Shown here: positions 49,620 to 56,371 of the stretch, piece by piece
Layout: the number at the start of each line of letters is the position of its first letter
How positions within the stretch are numbered: position 1 is the first letter of the stretch
NCBI RefSeq assembly: GCF_004010195.1
Contig: NC_057753.1
Span: forward strand, 10,872,340-10,928,710
Direction of reading: 5' to 3'
Length of the DNA: 56,371 bases
Origin: Chiloscyllium plagiosum
Taxonomy: Eukaryota
The notes under the pieces: generated by a model
What the model was told of the DNA's origin: nothing
Databases searched by the model: none
What the model saw: the letters and a program-made list of their open reading frames with translations, nothing else
Program-made: the position numbers and the translations under genes

Positions 49620-50410
49620 GAGTCACAGTTATACCACACGAAAACAGAACCTTCAGTCCAACCAGTCCATTCCAAACATGATCCCAAACTAACACGTCCC
49701 CACTTGTCTGCTCTGGCTCATATACCTCCAATCCTTTCCTAATCACTTACCCATCCAAATGTCTTTTAAATGTTGCAATTGTATCTGCATCCACCTTTTC
49801 CTCAGGAATTTCATTCCACACACAGTCCATCTTCTATGGAAAAAAAATGCCCAGTGTTTTTGTTAAGTCTCTCACCTTAAAAGAATGTGCCCCCAGTCTT
49901 TAAGTGCCCCATTCTAGGCAAGAGGCAGCTACCATCAACTGTATCTGTACTCTCATTATTTTATAAACTTCTGTCAGGTCCCCTCTCAATCTTCTATGTG
50001 CCAGTGAAAAAGGTCCCAGCCTTTCCTTATGGCAGAATGGGTCTTTAGTCCCTGGGGTTTAGAAGAATGAGAGGTGACCTCATTTAAATCAGCACAGGTT
50101 CTGATAAAATGCTTCCATGTCAGGGAATCTAGAACTCACTGATATAGATTACAAATATGGACTCTCCCATATCAGGCTGAGATGAGCAATTTATCCTCTC
50201 TCGTTAGTTTATGGAATGCTCCCCTTCAGAGAGCATTGGAGACAGGCTCATGGAATATATTCAAGGCTGAATTGAACATAATTTTGCGTGAGAAGGGTAT
50301 GAAAAGTTATCGAGAATGGGCAGGAAATGGAATTGAGTCCACAGCAGCACAGACATGATGTTGTGGAATTGTAGAGCAAGCCCCATCAGCTGAATGGCCC
50401 ACTCCTGGTC
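49620..50410. mobile_element. Older CR1 3' fragments in both orientations
   Basis: HER1-like tail on the minus strand at 49620-50030 and RMRGDL..LWNA remnants on the plus strand at 50040-50410. Confidence 0.65.
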
Positions 50411-50658
50411 CAATCTTTTACAGGGCAGGAAGAGGCGAGCATAGATCTGTGAGTCGACATCTTTCAGCATTTTTGGGAGAATTTGGAGCAGTGATAGTAA
50501 AAGCTATAGCATAGTGAAAATGTAGGGAGACTGTGGCATTGAGATTCACATTTTTGGGGGAAGAAGAGGAGAAAGAATGTTCCACAGGAACCAGAATTGT
50601 CTGTTTGGAATTTCTATTGTGTGCAGACAGTGACAGACTATGTAATCGTCTTTTATAG

Positions 50659-51502
50659 GATACGGGAGGGGAAGGAATTGCAGCCAGAAATCTCAAAACA
50701 ATTTCTGATAAAGACAATCGATTCATTGGCATGGGAATATCATCAGCTTTTGAATCTCACAGGATTTTTTATTTCTCTTCTGTCCTGTGAGATTCAAAAG
50801 CGTTCAAACATCAGTGAGACATGCACACAGACCCGAGTAAGATTGTCCCAGTGACCTGACTGTGGAAAGAGCTTTAAGCGGCTACGCAGTCTGAAATAGC
50901 AACATCCTATTTGCAGCAGCAAGAGACAGAACACCTTGTGTGTGTGAGTGGTCTTTCAACTGATTGTCGAAGCTGGAGAGAGATGAGGATTCCCAAGTGA
51001 TGGACAAACCATGGAAATGTGGGGACTGTGGGATGGAATTCAAATTCCCGTCCTTGCTTGAACGCCATCGGCGCGGTCACACCAGGGAGAGACCGTTCAC
51101 CTGCTCCGTGTGTGGGAAGGGATTCAGTCAGACCGGCCATCTGCACCAGTGGGTCTGCACAAGAGAGAAGCCGTTCACCTGCTCCGTGTGCTGGAAGGGA
51201 TTCACTAATTAGTCTGACCTGCTGATGCACCAGCACCTCCATACCAGAGAGTGGCCGTTCACATGCTCCGTGTGTGGGAAGGGGTTCACCCATTCATCCA
51301 CCCTGCGGAAACACCAGCGTGTCCACACCGGGGAGAGGCCATTTACCTGCTCCATCTTCGGGAAGGGGTTCACTCAGTCCTCCAACCTGCAGAGACATCA
51401 GCGCGTCCACACCAGGGAGAGGCTATTCTCCTGCTCCGTGTGTTAAAGGGATTCAATCAGTCATCCCATCTGCTCAGACACCAATCCAGTCACACCCAGT
51501 AG
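50659..51502 (+). pseudogene. C2H2 ZNF pseudogene (~6 fingers)
   Basis: Acceptor ttttatag at 50651-50658; [16 protein letters not shown]..; in-frame stop, deletions, lost Cys residues. Confidence 0.85.
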
Positions 51503-52959
51503 AGAACATTTGGATTCTTTGTGGGTGTGACTGGTAATAGTATTCAAGAGGGCATACGTGCACTGGTCAGTTGAGCACCTATTAAGGCACATTTACTGAT
51601 TTGGAACACGCAGTAGAGTCGGGAGATGTACACTTGTCATGTTTGACTCTGTGAAGAAATCTACCTCCTGTAAAGATTGGGTCTGGTTTTTCCCTTCCCC
51701 ACGAAGCTGTCAGGACAATAACATGGCGTGAAATATTGTATGAATGGGCTCTTTATTAACCCACTCACAAACACTTTATACATACTCATTCATCAGTCTT
51801 TACAAACCTGCTGACAAGAGCCCTATATCTAATATACCGCATTCCCATGTCGTTCATTCATAATTCCTTTCTATAAGGCGGTTTCATTCAGTCATTCATA
51901 AAACTGTGGTTTTGTAGTATATTTTACTATTACAAGATAGACTAAATTAAACACCCCTTTCAACCCATTACTGCTTTTTCACACCTTCAATCCTTAAGAG
52001 CTCTTGCTATAAGCAGTGTTTAGGCCTATTTCTACATCAAAAGCTACCTCTGATTGACTGTCGATATCATAACATATTCAGAACAACACCATCCCTGAAC
52101 ACCAAGTCTTCACAAACGATTATAATATTAATCAGCCCTTACCATCCATCTCTCGGGACCCGAATAGATACAGAACATCAAACAGTTTCTCCAACTGGCA
52201 GCCACTATCCTCTTTAAGAAACTTACTATCAAGACTGTGCTTCCATGAAATTGCATGAATGAATGAAACTCACGCCGGTAAGTAAATAAATCTCACAACC
52301 TAGGCAGGGTAAGCAGTTTAATATCCTTTATTCTTTTATTCAGTGAAGGTACAATCTCTAATGTATTTAGAGCATATAGGAGTCATATTTTTCCGAACAT
52401 TTGCTAACTTAAAAGACAAAAGGACTAACAATTGTTAATTGTGCAAGTAGACCACACAGACACACTATTGGGAGTAGCAGGCAGCATTTAGCACACGTTC
52501 AAACCATCTCCTGTTTCCCCAGGGTAGAAGTCTGCCAAGCCTGTGCGTACAATAGATAAAACAATATAACACCACAGTGATGGAATGTTAATATATGTCA
52601 GAACTGTGTGTATAGAGGCTGCTGTAAGAATGGTATTTCGGATTCCATCACCACCACAAACTTGAGCTCCTTGTGGTTGCTGAATAAAGAGGCTATTTTC
52701 ACCACTTACTGCTGAGTTTGATCGTTAATTGAACACAATTCCAGGACGGGAACAGAGAATGGTCGTCCAGTGCTGAAGGTTGGACAAAAAGGAAAACCAA
52801 AGCTTTTGACGACAGCTTACAATCCGAGTGGCTTTTGTGAGAAATGCCCAGAGGTATTTGGAAGTTATCAGTGTCTGGTGACCCAATGATGTTCCCAGGG
52901 TCTCAGCCACACAACAAGTGGCAGGATGGAGGTGGGGGGAATGTAGATATAAGTTACGT

Positions 52960-53200
52960 CCCCACCCTAGAGCTGTACAGCACGGGCACAGTCCACTTGG
53001 TCCAACCCGTCCTGCCGACCAGATGTCCCAAATTAATCTCATCGCATTTGACCCATATCTCTCTCAACCAGATGACTTTGAAATGTTGTAACTGTACTAG
53101 CTTCCACCACTTCTTCTGGCAAGTCATTCCATACAAGCACCACCCTCTGTGTGAAAACATTGCCCCTTAGATCCCCTTCCCTCTCACCTTTAACCACTAG
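52960..53200 (-). mobile_element. CR1/HER1 3' end
   Basis: GNVFTQRVVLVWNDLPEEVVEA. Confidence 0.8.
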
Positions 53201-54182
53201 TTTTGGACACAAAAGAGTCTGGTTCCATGCAGTACAGCTCTTTGACTCTGGTGTAAGTGATAATATATTCTTGGTGGTCCAGACTTGATGGGCCAAAGGG
53301 CTTTTCTGTACTGTATGATTCTGTGATCAGAAAGCTCGAGTAGGGTTCCACAAGAAAATTGCCTCTTTATGCCTTTCAGAAGCATACACCATTTAAAACA
53401 GATTAATACATAATAAACTTCACCTGGAATTTAAGAACAGACATTGTTCCATCAGAGCAGACTCCTTCTGTGCTGAAGCTATTCTATAGTTTGTGGGAGT
53501 TCAGGCTGAGGAACGTTAACTATTTAGATCTAGATGTTACACATGTAAGTCTGGAGTAACTGTAGATCAGGAAAGAATGGTACTCCCTATCTCTGTAATC
53601 CTGTTAGGTTAACAAGAGGGAGAGGATGTCAAATCTAAAGAGCATACAGAGAACTGTGCAGCTTGTTCAGTCAGTTGAGTTGGTTCTACACTCAGATGAG
53701 ACTGGACACTGCTTTTGATGGATCCTAATTAAATACTACAAATCCAAGGAATGTGTCATGGACAAATCAAACGTGACATTTGGAGAAATAGATGCTGACA
53801 GGAATTGTGTGTGGAGAGGAAACGGTTAATGTCTAGAGTCTGATTTCACTCTTGTTCAGAACTGAAAAGGGCTGGAAAATGCTGTTTTTTATGCTGAAGA
53901 CAGAGTGGGGAGTAAGAGTGAGGGGAGCACACGGTGCGAGTACCCACAGCCAAAGGCATAGATTGCTAACGATGGTGAAGGAGCGATTGAGATATTGTAT
54001 GGGTGTTAATGAGGCTGTGAAAAAGAGAAAGTGTTCACTCTGCTCAGACAAAGTCAACAAGACAAGGCTGTGTGGGAAAATGGAAGAAAATTGGAGAAGA
54101 CTAAGCAGGACAGACTTACACAGTGCATGGTAGAGCCCTGCAGAGTGTTGCTGAACAAATAGTCCCAGAAGGACTATTTAGT

Positions 54183-54508
54183 GGGCGGCACGGTGGCACA
54201 GTGGTTAGCACTGCTGCCTCACAGCGCCAGAGACCGGGTTCAATTCCCGCCTCAGGCGACTCTCTGTGTGGAGTTTGCACATTCTCCCCGTGTCTGCGTG
54301 GGTTTCCTCCGGGTGCTCCGGTTTCCTCCCACAATCCAAAAATGTGCAGGTTAGGTAAATTGACCATGCTAAATTGCCCATAGTGTTAGGTGAAGGGGTA
54401 AATGAAATGGGTCTGGGTGGGTTACGCTTCGGCGGGTCGGTGTGGACTTGTTGGGCCGAAGGGCCTGTTTCCACACTGTAAGTAATCTAATTTCTAATCT
54501 AATTTCTA
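54183..54508 (+). mobile_element. Full-length HE1-type tRNA-derived V-SINE
   Basis: A box TGGCACAGTGG, B box GGTTCAATTCC, V-domain ctgtgtggagtttgcacattctccccgtgtctgcgtgggtttcctccggg, LINE-derived tail with taatc repeats. Confidence 0.92.
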
Positions 54509-54514
54509 AGGGCA

Positions 54515-55195
54515 CTCGCTTAATTCCTTGAAAGTGGAGTCATGGGGAGACAGGATGGTGAAGAAAGTGCTTGCTTTCATGGGTCACAGTTTTGAGTATA
54601 GGAGTTGGGATGTCATGTTGTGTTTGTACAGGACATTGGTGAGACTGTGCAGAAGGTTGGTCACCATTCATTTGGAAGAACCCTGTTAAACTGGAGACGA
54701 TGGACAAAAGATTTACAGGGATGTTGCCAGGATTGGAGGTTTTGAGTTATAGTGAGTGGCTCGGGATTTTTCACCCTGGAGCGTCAGAGCCTGAGAGGCA
54801 ACCTTATGGAGGTTCATAAATTATGAGGGGCATGGAGAGGGTGAATAGCCAATGTCTTTTTCTCCCAAGGTGGGGGAGTCCAAAACTAGAGGGCATATCT
54901 TTAAGGTGAGAAGGGAAAGATTTAAAAGGGACCTCATGGACAACTTTTTCATGCTGATGGTGGTATGTGTGTGGAATAAGTTGCCAGAGGAAGTTGTGGA
55001 GATAGGTACAATTACAATAGTTAAAAGACATCTGGATGAATAATTTGGATCGAGAGGGATATGGGCCAAATGCTGGAAATTAGGACTGGGTCGGATTGGG
55101 ATATCTGGTCAGCATGGATGAGTTGAACCGAAGGATCTGTTATCGTGCAATATGAGTTATAGTCTTATAGACTTCTAGTCTATAACTCTATGACT
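54515..55195 (+). mobile_element. CR1/HER1 LINE 3' part
   Basis: SLKVES..LYRTLVR..GESKTRGHIFKVR; tail. Confidence 0.85.
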
Positions 55196-55689
55196 GAAAC
55201 CAGACCTTTGTACTGATAACCCTCCTGCTGGATTTTTTAATGCACCCAGTTTCAAGAGATTTCTGGTGGATAAAGCAGCACATGCCCCCTATCCTGGGAA
55301 TCCTGGAAAATCTAAAGGGGCTGTTAAAAGTATTTTAACTTTGGGAACACTGGGTCTTGTGGAAGCAGGGCATTTGTCAAATATTTTCAGAGAAATTCTC
55401 CATAACTGGCGGACTACAAACAGTTTTCCCACGGAATGTTACACAGATATTAAGCATGTTACATTCTCCTGAAAAGTGAAGAAGGATTGATCTTGCTAAC
55501 GTGAAACAAATGTTGGAGAGAAAGGAAACCACCAAGATCAAAATGGTTGATGAAAGTCAACACTTATCAGATTGTTTCTCGAACAGAAAAGCTTGCACTG
55601 GAAGAGGGGCATCTCATACTTATTTCTTCAATTAGTTTTGAAATATTGTTGGTGTGTCTTACTGGTTAAGTCATGGTTATGGTTGTTAA

Positions 55690-56300
55690 AGGTCAGTCAT
55701 CTCAGCTACAGGACGTCTCTGTAGGAGTCCCTTAGGGTAGTGTCAAAGGCCCAACCCATCTTCAGCTGCTTCATCAATGACCTTCCTCCATCATAAGGTC
55801 AGAAGTAGAAATATTCACCAATAATTGCACAACATTGAGCACTATTCACAACTCCTCACATCCTGAAGCAGTTCAGTTTCAAATGCAACAAGATCTTAAC
55901 AATATCCAATTGGCTGATGAGTGGCAAGTAACATACATGTCACATAAATGCCAAGCAATGACTCATTTCAAAAGAGATAATCTGACTACCGCCCGTGACA
56001 TTCATTGGTGTTACTGTCACTAAGTGCCATTGATCAGAAACTCAACTACACTCACCACAGTGGCTACAAGAGCAGGTCAGAGGCGAGGGATACTGTGGCA
56101 AGTAAACCACCTCCTGACTCCCCAAATTCTATCCATCTTCTACAAGGCACAAGTCAGCAGTGTGATGGAAAACTTTCCCTCTCACTTGGATGGGTGCAAC
56201 TTCAATAGCACTCAAAAAGCTTGATACAATCCAGGACAAAGTAGCCTGCTTGATTGGCACCATATCCACATGCATCTACTCTCTCCACTGCCAATGTTCA
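55690..56300 (+). mobile_element. Old CR1/L2-group RT fragment
   Basis: GVP.GSV.GP.IFSCFINDL, QMQQDLNNIQ..EWQVT..KCQAM, IFYKAQV. Confidence 0.75.
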
Positions 56301-56305
56301 GAAGC

Positions 56306-56371
56306 AGCTGAAAATGTGTTGCTGGAAAAGCGCAGCAGGTCAGGCAGCATCCAGGGAACAGGAGAATCGAC
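56306..56371 (-). mobile_element. Family-B pLTR tail, cut by the window edge at the HHR GUC site
   Basis: Ends ..ggagaatcgac, the reverse complement of GTC/gattctcc. Confidence 0.75.

Noticed and set aside
54183..54260. tRNA gene
   Set aside because: The A and B boxes belong to the HE1 SINE head; there is no full cloverleaf and the SINE body follows.
55152..55190. Small nested hairpin gagttatag..ctataactc
   Set aside because: Lies in the microsatellite-like 3' tail of a CR1 copy and is probably a local inversion at the insertion end.

Overview
Vertebrate, repeat-rich genomic DNA. The HE1-type V-SINEs, CR1/HER1 LINEs and MEKPWKC-start zinc-finger exons indicate a cartilaginous fish, probably a shark. 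The window is part of a C2H2 zinc-finger (ZNF) gene cluster undergoing birth and death. It holds one intact 14-finger gene with no effector domain (CDS 3968-5161, minus strand; putative noncoding exon 1 and CCAAT/ETS/NRF1 promoter near 11.8-12.1 kb) and five ZNF relics. These lie in a roughly 11-14 kb tandem duplication and several inverted duplications. Interspersed are CR1 fragments, an L1 3' half, HE1 SINEs, and an internally deleted HERV-I/IP-like endogenous retrovirus (PBS-Pro, gag, IN C-terminus, env). The feature the ORF track does not show is about 13 minimal type-I hammerhead ribozyme (HHR) motifs in three sequence families. They are carried by Penelope-like elements and by short non-coding derivatives flanked by target-site duplications (TSDs). 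They include back-to-back palindromic HHR pairs, a tandem pair 173 nt apart and a U3-A8 core variant. All calls were made by eye and no database search was run.
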